From assembly GCF_009914755.1 (NCBI RefSeq), contig NC_060927.1: a stretch of DNA of 64,000 nucleotides, one strand, 5' to 3'. The stretch is from the human T2T-CHM13v2.0 reference genome, Homo sapiens. The translations under genes were made by a program, and so were the position numbers. The notes under the pieces are model-generated. The model did no database searches. It saw nothing but the letters and a program-made list of their open reading frames with translations, and had not been told where the DNA came from. Below, one piece after another: positions 34,226-48,288 of this stretch (the stretch's first letter is position 1; the number at the start of each line of letters is the position of its first letter).

Positions 34226-37200
34226 TTCAGAGCCTGGCATATATAGCAAGGCAATCAAAACTTTGCCATTGTTACTGTGGAAAAAAATTGATCACTCCTT
34301 TCTCTATGACTTTATAAGAGCTTTTATTGTGGTTATATTATACTATAAATTTATAATATTATAAGTATTATAAATTACTATACTAGCTAGATTTGTGAAA
34401 CTACTGAAGAGGATGGATGCATTTTTCTCTTACATCATTCTATTTGTTATCTATGCTTTTAACATCCAAAGTAAAGATGAGGCACTTACTTATGCTATAA
34501 ATGATTACTTTTCTTTTTTAATACAATTGGGAAACTTCTCTGGAGTTACTTTTCAGAATATCTGAACCATTTTTGGGGTAAAAACACAAAGCTATAAAAC
34601 AACAGCCAGTGAGAAAAGCTGATGGCTCATCAAATTGCATAAATTAGTGCAAATTAATTAGCAATAGCTAATTAGAGTCCTGTTGATGCCTGTTTGTGTT
34701 GAGAGTTATTAAAAGCTCAACATAACTTTTAGTGGTTGATCTGGACATTTACTAGTTCGTCTTACTGCTGCTAGGGAACTTATTAGTAAAATTATTTTTG
34801 ATAGTTTTTCTGAAACCTCAGCTCAACAGAAAGCTTTTAGTTTTTTAAATTATCTTCTTTATAAAGAGATTCATTTTATGTATACTTTTTACACCATTGA
34901 ATTTTATTAATATGTATGTGTATTGGCATTCGAAACAAACAAAAAATACATACAATCCAACAGAACAAACAGTAGATGAAGAAGGCAGGGAAGAAAATAA
35001 TAGAATTTGTAATGAAAAGATGAAGCTAGGAGTAAGGTTATTACACATAATTGAATGTGATAGGACATGCATAGTTGTTAGTGTGGGTAGTAAAATTTGC
35101 TTTGAATTTTATAGCGGGTAAAATAAAGTGTGAAGCATGGTCAGTCACAATCTTTATAGTGTATGCAGGTCAAAAACAAACCAGCTGCTCAAGAGGGACA
35201 AATTTTCTTGGCAATGAGGCTAAAGAAAAATATCACCCATCAATCTGCATACAGGTGATATTGTGTAGCGGACGAAAATGTCTTCAACAATATAAAGAGA
35301 ACTTTGAGGGGCATGGTGTAATTCCTAGAAAGCACGCTATGCTGGAAAATGACTGAAAGGACAAAGATGAGTTAGGTAGAAGACAAGACCACATGCTGAG
35401 AGTGGGAACCGAGATGGGACAAGAAATGTGAGAGTTTGAGAAGAAGGGAAAAGATTTAGAAAAGCCATTTTTTAAATGTCACAGGTTTTACTAAGAGATG
35501 AAGTTACAGCCTAGATAAAATCATGTGGCATAAAAATGTCCCAGATCCAATTAACCTTACTTCACGACTTTATTCTGCAGCAAAAATATGAGGATTCAAG
35601 TTTAGGGCTAGAAACTGGTTAAAGTCAAGGGGTGATGGACATCCCCTGTAGGGTTATTAGAAAAAATAAAAAGTAAAATAATAATAATAATGATGATATA
35701 AAGTCAGGGTGGGAAGATTCTAGAATAATAAGTAACCTAAGGTCAGGACACTTTATAATTCTTATATTACTTGCATACATCTATAGTCAAAAAATTATTA
35801 ATGAAATTGATACTAAAGGTAGTTTTTGAGATGACTGATTATGACCATGTGGCTTATGTAGGATAAGAAGTCAAGTGAAGTCATGAAGGGCTTATGGATT
35901 CTAAATTAACAGCAATCAAATTTGCAGTGTCTCAGGGAAGATGCAGAGAAATAAAAGAACAGAAGGTAAAGAGGGTGAGGTCAAAAATAAGGGGTTTCAA
36001 TTTCTAGATCACTGAAGTTGACAAGTTCCAATGGATGTTTCTAATTAAATATATTTTTCAAGTTGAAATGACAATATGCAGATTTTACATTAAACTCCAA
36101 GATCTTAAACATTTCTCTACTGGTAAAATTTATATTTGGAAAATCAACATTTTCCAGGAAAACTGGATTTCTTTTCAACATTGCAGTGAGCCTATTGTGC
36201 TACTGAAATACTTGCCCAAACATGCTTTAAATACTTTGTAAATAAGTAACAGAAAATAATTTCGTTTTGCCATATCCTGTAGTTTCCTTTACTGGCTTAC
36301 TCCACACATTCCTGGAAGGTTTGTCATTTAAAATTGTTTATTCTTCTTTCTTAATTGTTGTGTTTTCTGATGACAAAAATTAAACATGCTGTTGTTTTAA
36401 AAATAAAAACCAAAAAACATCAAACCCTAAACATTACAGAAATGTACAATTATGTCTCCTATAATTCTATCCCCTACAACCACTGTTTAGGTTTTCGTAC
36501 ATATTATGAAGCATTTACTTATACCCTAATATTTTTCTGAAGAAGCTTGACAAGTAGTCTAAGAAAAGTCAGAGAGAAAAATGAAGGGGAAAAAATGGAA
36601 AAATGAGGGTACCTGAAATAAACTGAGCATCATTGATGTGCCAGGTACCAGCTAGTTGCTCCACATTGACTGTTTCATTTTAGCTGCCCAGCAACTCAGA
36701 ATTTTTTTTTTCAATTTTAAAAGGTACACAATGTCAATTTCCTGGCTTTGATAATGTACCATAGTTGTATAATATCCATTTTGCAGAATTTGGATGATGG
36801 ATACACAGGACTTCTCTGTACTATAACACTGTTACAACTTTTTTGGGGACTCTAATTATTTCAAAACAAAAAGTTAAAATAAAAATAGAGGCACAGAGAG
36901 AGATTGAATAACATGCTTTAAGTTCACACTGCTAGGGAATGAAAGTTAAGCATAAATTTATGAGATGGAAATAGTTGCTAGTGAATAATTAACTAAAATT
37001 AATCCCTTCAACATAGATTCATCAGAATCATATAAGCACCTGCAATATAAAGATGAATAAGATACAGTCATTGTTTTAAAGGAACTCCAAGTCTAGTGGG
37101 TTCTAATTTGTTATCTACTATAGAGACTCAATATTATGTAGACTCGACTAAAATATTAATTAAATGACACAGATCAAATACAGGCCAGATCCTGCTATGT

Positions 37201-37979
37201 TTTCAGGCATATGCTTTTATAATTATCTAGATTATAAATTAGCATATTTAATTTTTCTAATCTCAGGGTAGATAATTAACAAGGTTAGAATTCAGAATTC
37301 ATCAGTGCCAGTAGCTCTTCCTGCCCTAAAACATCTTAGCATTCTAAGAAACTAATGAACCCAGAAAATCCTCCTCTCAGAAGCAGGATTCATTCCTACT
37401 ATACTGTAATCCTAGGCCTCATTGTAGGTGCTCAGTGGAGGATTACAGCTTTCATTTGTTTATACTCTTTATAAAGAATACAGTATGCACATTTACATTG
37501 AGCAAGGTTATATTAATCTCATGTAATTCTTTTGAAGCCTCAAGAAGCTTTTGGAATTCTCTATTCTCAGAGTTTATAATAAACAAATAATAAATTCTTC
37601 ATGAGATAGGGCTAAAAACCCCAAAGAAGTATAAATGAACCAGAAAAAACAGCAAGAACATGGATAAGCTAAATATTGTAACTAGTAGATGAAAACTTAT
37701 TTGAAGAAAACAGCATCATGCATGTAAAATTCCCAAATCCTTTTAAGCAGTAAACCAGATACCACTTGGGATTAGAACCAGTCTCAAAGGTAGGCAGCTA
37801 ACTTATGCTGGAAAATCTGCAGGACTCCTTTCTAAAAATTTTGAGTGGTGACGACAGTCCTGAGCTGTAGGGGAACAGGGAGTGGGTTGGGCTCCCTCAG
37901 TGCTCTGGGGGGAGCATTTACTTAGTACTGTGTCACAAAACAGACCTACTCAATTAATTGTAAACATAGCTAACTGTAC

Positions 37980-38144
37980 CTCTTTAGGGTGGAAAACTAT
38001 GTTATCTAGTCTGAAATCTCCATGAATCAAATTCTCTTCATTGTCATTATCGGGCAAGTTCTTCATTAGCCACTCCGATAGCTGTTGCATGGCAGGGATG
38101 TCCTGATGAGCTGCAGCTTGATATTGCTTTGTCCAGGTTGATAC
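37980..38144 (-). CDS. ACAD11: ACAD11 exon 5 (VSTWTKQYQAAAHQD...LIHGDFRLDNIVFHPKE)
   Basis: 165 nt, AG/GT, HGDxxxxN phosphotransferase motif. Confidence 0.97.
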
Positions 38145-38457
38145 CTAAAGACATATAAATAAGAAAAATGGTAAAGCTGAAACTGGAATGTAGGATCTAG
38201 CAATTCTAAAATTAAAACAAAATTCAAATGCTGTTTTACTCCTAAATACTTAAGACCCATGCTGGTGATACTCCTGTCATCCTAAAACACTCAAATCAGC
38301 CTAAACCTTAAACATTTAAGTCTCTTTTCCATATAGTTCCATTTTACTTACCTAGTTTTTTATCAAGAGAAAAATACTGGCCTAGGGATCAAGAGATATG
38401 GGTTCTAGTCTTTATTCAGCAACTACTTTGTAGAAGAAAAAAAAAGAATGCATACAA

Positions 38458-38508
38458 ACACACACACGCACACACACACTCTCTCTCACACACACACACA
38501 CACACACA
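38458..38508. repeat. Compound (CA)n(CT)n(CA)n microsatellite
   Basis: Directly visible. Confidence 0.95.
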
Positions 38509-38606
38509 AATATATAGGCATAGATAATCTCTGGAAAGGGTCACGAGAAATAAGTAACCCCTGAAAAAGGGAATATGGGGACTAGAAGAAAAAAGAAGAC
38601 ATTTAC

Positions 38607-38875
38607 TTTTTTTTTTTTTGAGACAGAGTCTCGCTCTGTTGCCCAGGCTGGAGTGCTACCTCCACCTCCCAGGTTCAAGTGATTCTCCTGCCTCAGCCTC
38701 CTAAGTAGCTGGGATTACAGATGCATACCACCACACCCAGCTAATTTTTGTATTTTTAGTAGAGACGGAGTTTCACCATATTGGTCAAGCTGGTCTCGAA
38801 CTCCTGACTTCGTGATCCGCCTGCCTTGGCCTTCCAAAGTCCTGGGATTACAAGCTTCAGCCACCGCGCCCAGCC
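38607..38875 (-). mobile_element. AluS with a small internal deletion
   Basis: Reverse Alu; jumps from ggagtgc to acctccacc. Confidence 0.92.
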
Positions 38876-39099
38876 TACTTTTCATTTTAATACTCTTTCT
38901 TATTACCCACAGAATTTTCTAAATATTTTACAGGTATGAATAGTGTAAAGATCTTCTATTGTTCTTAGAATTGAATGCAAACAAATCAACTTACTCGTAA
39001 AGTCCTCCAACAGGTGGGACCATATTGTTTATTTGCTTTTTTATCTCCATTTCCCAAGGTATCTTTGCTCAACTTAGTGCAATAGAGCAAAGACCTTTA

Positions 39100-39310
39100 C
39101 TTGGTCTTATCTAGTCATATCAACCTGGGTTTAAATTATATCTAAGCCACTTACTTGTGTATTACTTGATTGATGCAAGCCTCCCTTTCTTCATCTGCAA
39201 AATGGGAGTAATAATACCTATATCTTAGAGTTGTTGTAAAGATCAAAAAAGAGAGGCCGACAACTCACTCTGCCATGTAGGACCTAGCATATAGTGAGTA
39301 CACTCTAAAC
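39100..39310 (+). mobile_element. MIR
   Basis: cctgggtttaaat...tttcttcatctgcaaaatgggagtaataatacc. Confidence 0.75.
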
Positions 39311-39749
39311 TTTAGTTCCCTTTTCTCTTCCTTAACCCCCACAAAATGATATGCTTACAAAGGAAAGCAGCCCCATATATATCTAGTATTGCTTTCCTTT
39401 AATTTAAAATGATCTCCATCACTCCAAATTTTATCTTTCCTTAAATACTCATTATAAGATATCTCTCCCAGGAAGCTTTCTCTATATAAGCAAGGGCATC
39501 CCAACTTCCACCCTTTGAATCATGGTGAGTATCAAACAATTTACCACTAGATTTTACACTCTTTTATACCATTTTCAGGTTTCGTGAATGACATGCATGT
39601 ACAGGTCTCTCAAAAATGACCATAAGTTCCTGTGGGGAAGAACCTATTGTATATTTTTCTTGATATTTAACACAGTACTCAGCAGGTATTAAACACACAG
39701 TCAAGCTTAATAAATGTCTGCTAGTCCAATTGAGAAAGAAAAAACTGTA

Positions 39750-40240
<491 letters not shown>

Positions 40241-40468
40241 TTAAAAGTATTGGAAAATTAAGAGTCTAAAACAGAAGATTTTGCTGAACAAAACCTAATA
40301 TAAAAACATAAGATAATTTTATACTAAAAACTAGTCATTCTGAAGGACAATGTTAAAAGTCATGGCCAAGCTTCAGAAAACTATACAATAATAGCTTTTT
40401 TTGTTGACTAATAAGGTATATTATTTACAAGAACTTGAAAAAAATAGCTATTAATGTGGATGCATTAC

Positions 40469-40630
40469 CTGTCTTTTGCAGTACCCAGCACCTATACCAT
40501 ATCCTTCCAGCTGCAGTGACTGTATATTCAAGGAATGTAACTGAGCCAATGTTTCTACCGTGGCCACATATATGGCTGAACGTTCTGCTGGGCTAAGTCC
40601 AGGAATTGTTAAATCACGGAAGATTCGACC
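40469..40630 (-). CDS. ACAD11: ACAD11 exon 4 (GRIFRDLTIPG...LAQLHSLNIQ...GYCKRQ)
   Basis: 162 nt, AG/GT. Confidence 0.97.
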
Positions 40631-41173
40631 CTATGGAAGTGATTACAACAGATTATTTAAATGTGTATAATCAATACTTTGTCGAATATACTAGAAAAAC
40701 ATTCATTTGTGAAACATATTTAATATTAGAGTATACATGCCAAAGGGAAAATAAAAGGATATGCCAAGATGAATATAAACATCAAAACTACTCTCAACTA
40801 TTTTACAGAAAAAATTTAAAACACATTTTGAATTTATTGTTCTTAATGGCTTGACCTATGTGGAGTCTGTTTTCCCTGCTACCTTATGGACAATTTGGTT
40901 ATTGCCATTACAGATAGCTCTTTACTGACACCTAGAGGAAAATTTAAGAATAAGTCAATACCCCCTAATTACTAAATTTGTTTCTTGTCTATTCCATCCC
41001 TCCCTTTGTAAGTGCTCAAATTTGAACAAAATTGTAAACCTTTGCAATGCAATCTAATTACCTAAAATGTTAAATAACAAACTATATCATTTATTAAGTA
41101 TCATAATAAAACATCTTAATTAACTTCATAATTAAAAGTAAAAGCAACAAAATAAGATTAAGTGTTAATTTAC

Positions 41174-41299
41174 CTGCACATGTTCCATTACGTAAAATTC
41201 TGTTCCAATGACAGAAGTATCACTGCAGTACAGTATAGGCTTGGGAACGGGGAATCCAATTGAAAACAAGGCTTTCTGGACTTTAAATTCTCTATCAAT
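41174..41299 (-). CDS. ACAD11: ACAD11 exon 3 (IDREFKVQKALFSIGFPVPKPILYCSDTSVIGTEFYVMEHVQ)
   Basis: 126 nt, AG/GT. Confidence 0.97.
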
Positions 41300-43293
41300 C
41301 TAAATAGGATGATGAATCATTAAAAATCAGAGAAACTGATTTAATTGTAATTAAATTTAATAACTACTTATGAGCTAATCTTAAGGCTAGAAAACAACTG
41401 TAAAACAGTATCAACACAAACTCCAGAGGATAATAGTAATAACTTCCCTAATAGTAATCTTGGTGTAATCACTATGATTATAAATTAGACCACTACTAAA
41501 AAATGTAATTTAATTAGGATAAGAAGATGAGCACCTGCATGAGACTTAATCCTGGCTCTGATAATGTGAAGGCAATAGTTACTGTTCACAATATTTCACA
41601 TATTTTATCATAAAACATCCCTTTTTCCACAGCAGTTCCCTGGCTGGCTGCTCGCTCTTTCATGTCTTCCAAGGAAGCTCAGGTAAGTCTCTATTCTAGC
41701 ACTCTGCCACAGTCAGCTACAAAGAGCTGGGGGTGAGAGGTGAGTGGTGGTGGAAGGAAAAGTACCTGCTCCTTCTGGAGAGCAAGGGAGGCATGTGTTT
41801 CCAGGGCAGGGGCATGGGGATCTTTCCTGGCACTCAGGACTGCTGTGGAGCTCAAGATAACTAGCAGGAAAGTAGGCAGCTAGAAGCAAACTGGAGCCTA
41901 AATAAGACAGTGAGGAAAAAATGGCTTCCTTAATTAGGACAGATGCACAGGCTATCACTCAGGACCCAAGGGCAGAGCTGTTGATGCAGGCCAAGTAAGG
42001 ATGGCTTATCTACATGTAGTCACCTGGCCCCAGACTCAGGCAATGGTGACTGACCATTCTAAGGAGGGGAAGCTATGCAGCTCATTTTGACATCAGGAAG
42101 TAAAGCAGGGGCTGTGGCAATAACTGGAAGAGGAAAGTAACGAAACCCATGTTCAAGGTGAGAGCAGCCAGCAGTACCAAGGGCTGTGGAAAGAAGTGTT
42201 AACCACTCAGGTGTTGGGAAACGAGGGGGAGGGGGTAAGGGGGAGAGGGCAAAAGGGTTAGAGAAGCAAAAAGTGGATCACAGAGCTGGAGCATTGCTTT
42301 TTTCAATGCAGAGTTGAGAAAACAGAAGGGAGTTGAAACAGAGTACTCCAGATCCTTGGCAGCTGTACTTGGGCTGAGAGCATTATGCCCTGTTCTGGTG
42401 TGTTCAGGTGGGATGTTATCAAGAAAAGAGACAAATAAAACTGTTTATTGGGGCACGGGTGGGGATTTTCCTTCAGCCATACTATATCGATATTTAATAA
42501 AAGTTACCCAACTTTTTTTTATCTTAAGCATCCAACTTACTTCATGTTTCTGGGAATATGATATGGGACCAAGAAAGTCCCATAGAATCTACATTCTCTA
42601 TTACTGTGGTATTAAGCCTACCCCACAATTGTCCTTCCCCAGTGACCTGGGCCTGGGAAGCACCTGCTGTACATGATTACGGCTATACCCTAAATACGCA
42701 CAGTGCTTTTAATGTTCCCCAGTGCTTTGATTTCTGTCCCCTCCTGTTCTCTGAAAATCCATAGATAATACCTGTTTTCTCAAGACAGAAAAACCTAGTT
42801 TTCAACAAAAATCTTTTAGAATTCTCACTGTCTAATATTTAGAGAGTACTATAAAATACTTATTCAAATCTTTCTTTTTATCACCAAAAGATTAGAGGAT
42901 TGTCATAGCAAATATATTAAAATAATTCTGAGTAGATACTATTACATATAATAATTTAAATATATAACAAAACAAAATATCTACAGATGAGTAGCACTGA
43001 AAATATTCATTGGCTGATTTTACTTCTAGCAAACAACGTAGAGGAAAATCAAATACACAAAAGAACTGGGTGTTGTTCAAGATTAATAGCCTAAAGATAG
43101 ACTTACATTTCAACCTCAAATAATTTTTTAAAACAAAAAAAGATATAATTCAAGGGAAATTTTCATTAGAAATAAAATACATTTTATATTATTTGGCAAT
43201 CATAAGATGCCTTTTAAAAGTAAATTGGCTTTGTGTGTATTAAAAGCATTTATTTGTCACCAAAGAATTTATCATTACATTTGTATACTATAC

Positions 43294-43393
43294 CTGATGT
43301 GCTTTAGGAAGAAGTGAACCTGGTGGTTTTTTCCTGAGCACATATGTTTGAAAGCCCTTCTGGAGATAAAAGGTTGGATTGGACTTTCCTGCT
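43294..43393 (-). CDS. ACAD11: ACAD11 exon 2 (AGKSNPTFYLQKGFQTYVLRKKPPGSLLPKAHQ)
   Basis: 100 nt, AG/GT; kinase-like G-x-SNPT and VLRK motifs. Confidence 0.97.
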
Positions 43394-43666
43394 CTAGATA
43401 AAAGTAAAAAAAAAAAAGGTCAATTACAAAGATATGTTATCCGTCATCCCCAAATCCTACTGAAATGTCAGAAGAAACAAATGAAAATAAATTCATCTCA
43501 ATGCTGGAAAATCAAGAGGGGTGCTATCAGCAGCTCACAACATGAATTTCTAGATGATATTAAAGCAGATGGCAACATACTGGCAGCTGGAGAATCTGTG
43601 ACTCACAGAGGTAGAAGAGAGGACCCCACTTCCTGACTGCAAATCCTAAGTTTTATCAGGAGTACC

Positions 43667-43722
43667 TGTAGAACAATGACTGATCTAAGTAAACTTGTAG
43701 AACAATGACTGATCTAAGTAAA
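43667..43722. repeat. 29-bp-period tandem duplication (tgtagaacaatgactgatctaagtaaa x2)
   Basis: 27 identical nt at 43667-43693 and 43696-43722. Confidence 0.95.
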
Positions 43723-44479
43723 TAAACAATCTGAGAAGAGATTGTTAGTTATCAGTCAGAAAATGAATTAAAAGATGCAGGAACAGCTGGCTTAATGCCC
43801 CCTCATCTGCCTTTAGAGAGATAACCCTCATAAGTGTCAACAAGGCTAGTGCGTGAGTTGAGCTCTCTACAATGGGAGTTCTGAGAAGTGAGGTCCCACA
43901 GTGAGCATCTGGCCCAGGGAAGTGCAATGCTGGCCCAACTAACTCACAGACACCAGGGCATTGACTTTCCCTGCCAGATGAACAGAAATTCTCACCTAAA
44001 CTAAGGATAGACACTTCAGCTACCAAAACTATTCAGTCTATTCCTTCACTTATAATATGGGCATTTAAGAATCGCCCAACTTTTGAAGAATCCAACTGTA
44101 TAAAGGAGAGATCCTAAATTAAATAAACAGAAGAATCAATCCTTAAGGTAATAGGTAATAGGAGAAAGTAGAAAAAAAAATCTTTGGAGCTTCTTCCCAG
44201 GACTCCAACCTCCATCAGGAAAAAACAAGCATGAGCCTAGATTGAGTCTGGCAGCAGCCCCAGTGTCTATGTCTTCTATAAATCAGACCCATCCTCCCTG
44301 GCAATCATATCAAGGAGCACTGGTTTTGGTACCATCTAATCCTGAGTGAGTGCCTTTTACCATAGGAAGGTAGAGATAATCACCAGTGGTCAGGAAATAG
44401 GACCACCACAGGCTATGCTGTCTTTATTGATATAGAACAATTTATCTTTGATGCTGCAAACCATCAATTGCAACGAATC

Positions 44480-44963
<484 letters not shown>

Positions 44964-45059
44964 AGTTCTCTAGTCTTATATAAAGCACTGGTCTTTCATG
45001 ATAGTAAATGACCCAAATGAAATACAAAGAAAAAACTAAAAGCTTCTTGTTGAAGATAG

Positions 45060-45620
45060 AGTGACCCAGCAAGTCTGCTTCTACATATATATCCAAGAGA
45101 ACTGAACACATAAAATTAACACAAAAACTTGTACATGAATGTTCACAGCAGTACAATTCACAACAGCCAAAAATTAGAAACAGCTCAAATATCCGTCTGC
45201 AGACAAAAGGATAAACAAAATGTGGTATATCTATACAATGGATTATTGTTTGGCAATATACAGGAATAAAATGCCGATCCATGCTACAACATGGATGAAT
45301 CTTGAAAATATTATGTTAAGTGAAAGAAGCTAGTCACAAAAGACTACATATTATGTGATTCCATGTCTATGAAATGTCCAGGATAGGGAAATCCATAGTG
45401 ACAGAAAGTAGATTAGTAGCAGCCAGGGATGGGGGAGGAAAAAATTGGGAACTATGAGGTTTCTTTGGGGGCGATGGAAATGTTTTAGAACTAGATAGTG
45501 GTGATGGTTGTATAACATTGTGAATATATGGAAAACAACTGACTTGTACACTTTAAAACGGTTAAATTTTTAAATGTTACGTTACATGAATTTCTCAAAA
45601 ACAAACAAAAACAATTAAAA
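45060..45620 (+). mobile_element. L1MB-type 3' end
   Basis: tgacccagcaa...atgctacaacatggatgaatcttgaaaatattatgttaagtgaaagaag...ctagatagtggtgatggttg. Confidence 0.85.
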
Positions 45621-46219
45621 GTTTCTCTTTTGAGGAAGTATCTAAAGTGGTTATAACAAAGACAAAAAAAAATTGCAGAAGCCCATTTGCATGGGAGGAT
45701 CATTGTCAACACTGTCAATACAGTACTTGCTAAATTTAACTACTCCAACCATCAGGCCTCCAAATAGCCTAGAACCATTGATGGTCTCAATATAAGAATC
45801 ATCATTGAACCAATAGTCAGAACTATTGGTTAGTTCTTGGACAAGATATTTGGTGCTGAGAGAAATGTGTTGATCTATAACCTAAGAGATGGTACTTTTG
45901 ATGTGTCTAACCTCCATTAACAAATAGAAAATCTTTGCATGTAAGTGTGCAGCCATGGACACTTACTTGGTTAGAGAAGACTTTAAACAGACAATCTCAC
46001 GAGACCCTACTAAGCCATCCATAGCATTGGTTCCCTTAGAAGCATAAACAGACAGGAAAAACAGGATGCTGGCATGGCAGCATCAGATGAGTTTCTTCAG
46101 CAGACCCCTTGCAGCAGTCCAGGGTTTACTCCATGCCCCCATTCCCCCTCGGTGACAGCTCAGGTGAGAGGGAATGAGATCAGGAAATGGGTGAGTATGG
46201 GTACCACCTTGATTTAGAA

Positions 46220-46596
46220 GTCTTAGTCTATTTAGGCTGGTAGTCTATTCAGACTGCTATTATGAAATACCATAGACTGGGTAGCTTATAAACAACAGAT
46301 ATTTATTTCTCACATTTTTGGGGCCTGGGAAGTCAAAAATCAAGGCACCAGCAGATTCAGTGTCTGGTGAGGACCCACTTTCTTATAGATGGCACATTCT
46401 TGCTCTTTCCTCACATGGTGGAAGGGGCAAGGCAGTTCTTTGGGGTCTCTTTTATAACACTAATCCCATTCTTGAGGTCACTGTACTCATGATCTAATCA
46501 TCTCCCAAAGACCCCCCACCTCTTAATATCATTACCTTAGGAGTAAGGATTTCAACATATGAATTTTTGAGGGACACAAACATTTAGATCATAGTA
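46220..46596 (-). mobile_element. MLT1A-type MaLR LTR
   Basis: gtcttagtctattt...aaataccatagactgggtagcttataaacaacag...gggacacaaacatttagatcatag. Confidence 0.85.
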
Positions 46597-47292
46597 AAGC
46601 CTCATGCCCTACAGAAGCCATTATCTGTAGTAGCAGTCTTTTGGCACCAGCTTCCAGGGCCCTAGCAAAGGACATAACTAGTTGAAAGAACCCTCTACAC
46701 TTAGGGAAGCCCAAAGCTATGCCTTTCCACCAGATACTTAAACAGTTCATTTACAGACCTTCCAGTTCAGATGCAGTTTACTAATTAGATGTTATTTTTA
46801 CCATAAGCAATGTTGCCTGGAAACACATCTGATATGCCACCTTTACCAAGTTTTCAGAATTACAGAGCTAGAAAATTAAATAAATTTATCCATAGAGCAG
46901 GAGAAAAGATTTTTAACCCTTTATTTATATCACGGTTAACAAGTCTCAGACTCATGGCATCATCCTAGAGGGTGCATCTACCTGCATCTCTAAGCTTTAG
47001 AAACTCAGAAATTCCTATAGGAATTTTTTAACAGAAAGGAACTGGAAAAAAAAAAAAGCATAGGCCCTGATAAGGGAATCAGTTGTGTTTGTGGATATCC
47101 AGGAAGCCACTTATCCCTTGTGCAGAGATTTGAAAATATTTAGGATTTGCTGCTTTTTAATTTTACTCCTTTTCCTTTGGTGGAAATCATGACTAGTGGA
47201 ATCATGACTATTCTGACCAAGTGCGTTTAATAAAACCACTGAACAGACTCAGACCTTCACTAACTATCTACTCTGACAACCAGTTTGGTTTG

Positions 47293-48288
47293 TGTAGGGA
47301 AAAGAGAGATCAGACTGTTACTGTGTCTATGTAGAAAGGGAAGACAAAAGAAACTCCATTTTGACCTGTACCCTGAACAATTGCTTTGCCTTGAGATGCT
47401 GTTAATCTGTAACTTTGCCCCAATCTTGAGCTCACAGAAACATGTGTTGTATGGAATCAAGGTTTAAGGGATCTAGGGCTGTGCAAGATGTGCCTTGTTA
47501 ACAAAATGTTTACAGGCAGGCAGTATGCTTGGTAAAAGTCATCACCATTCTCCAGTCTCGATAAACCAGGGGCACAATGCACTGCGGAAAGCCGCAGGGA
47601 CCTCTGCCCTGGAAAGCCAGGTATTGTCCAAGGTTTCTCCCCATGTGATAGTCTGAAATATGGCCCCGTGAGATGGGAAAGACCTGGCCGTCCCCCAGCC
47701 CGACACCCGTAGGGGGTCTGTGCTGAGGAGGATTAGTAAAAGAGGAAAGCCTCTTGCAGTGGAGATACAGGAAGGCCACTGTCTCCTGCCTGCCCCTGGG
47801 AACTGAATGTCTCGGTATAAAACCCAATTGTACATTTGTTTAATTCTGGGATAGGAGAAAAGCCACCCTGTGGTGGGAGGTGAGACATGTTGGCAGCAAT
47901 GCTGCTCTGTTACTCTTTACTCTACTGAGATGTTTGGGTGGAGAAAAGCATAAATCTGGCCTACGTGCACATCTAGGCATAGTACCTTCCCTTGAACTTA
48001 TTTGTGACACAGATTCCTTTGCTCACATGTTTTCTTGCTGACCTTCTCCCCACTATCACCCTGCTGTCCTGCCACATTGCTCTTGCTGAGACAGTGAAAA
48101 CAGTAATTAATAAATACTGAGGGAACTCAGAGACTGGTGCTGGTGAAGGTCCTCCGTATGCTGAGCGCCGGTGCCCTGGGCCCACTTTTCTTTCTATATA
48201 CTTTGTCTCTGTGTCTTATTTCTTTTCTCAGTCTCTTGTCCAGACTGACTAGAAATACCCACAGGTGTGGAGGGGCTGGCCCCCTTCA
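47293..48288 (+). mobile_element. Solo HERV-K(HML-2) LTR, LTR5B-like
   Basis: 996 bp, tgtagggaaaagagagatcagactg...ccccttca; 6-bp TSD ggtttg at 47287-92 and 48289-94; TATAAAA at ~47816, AATAAA at ~48109. Confidence 0.93.
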
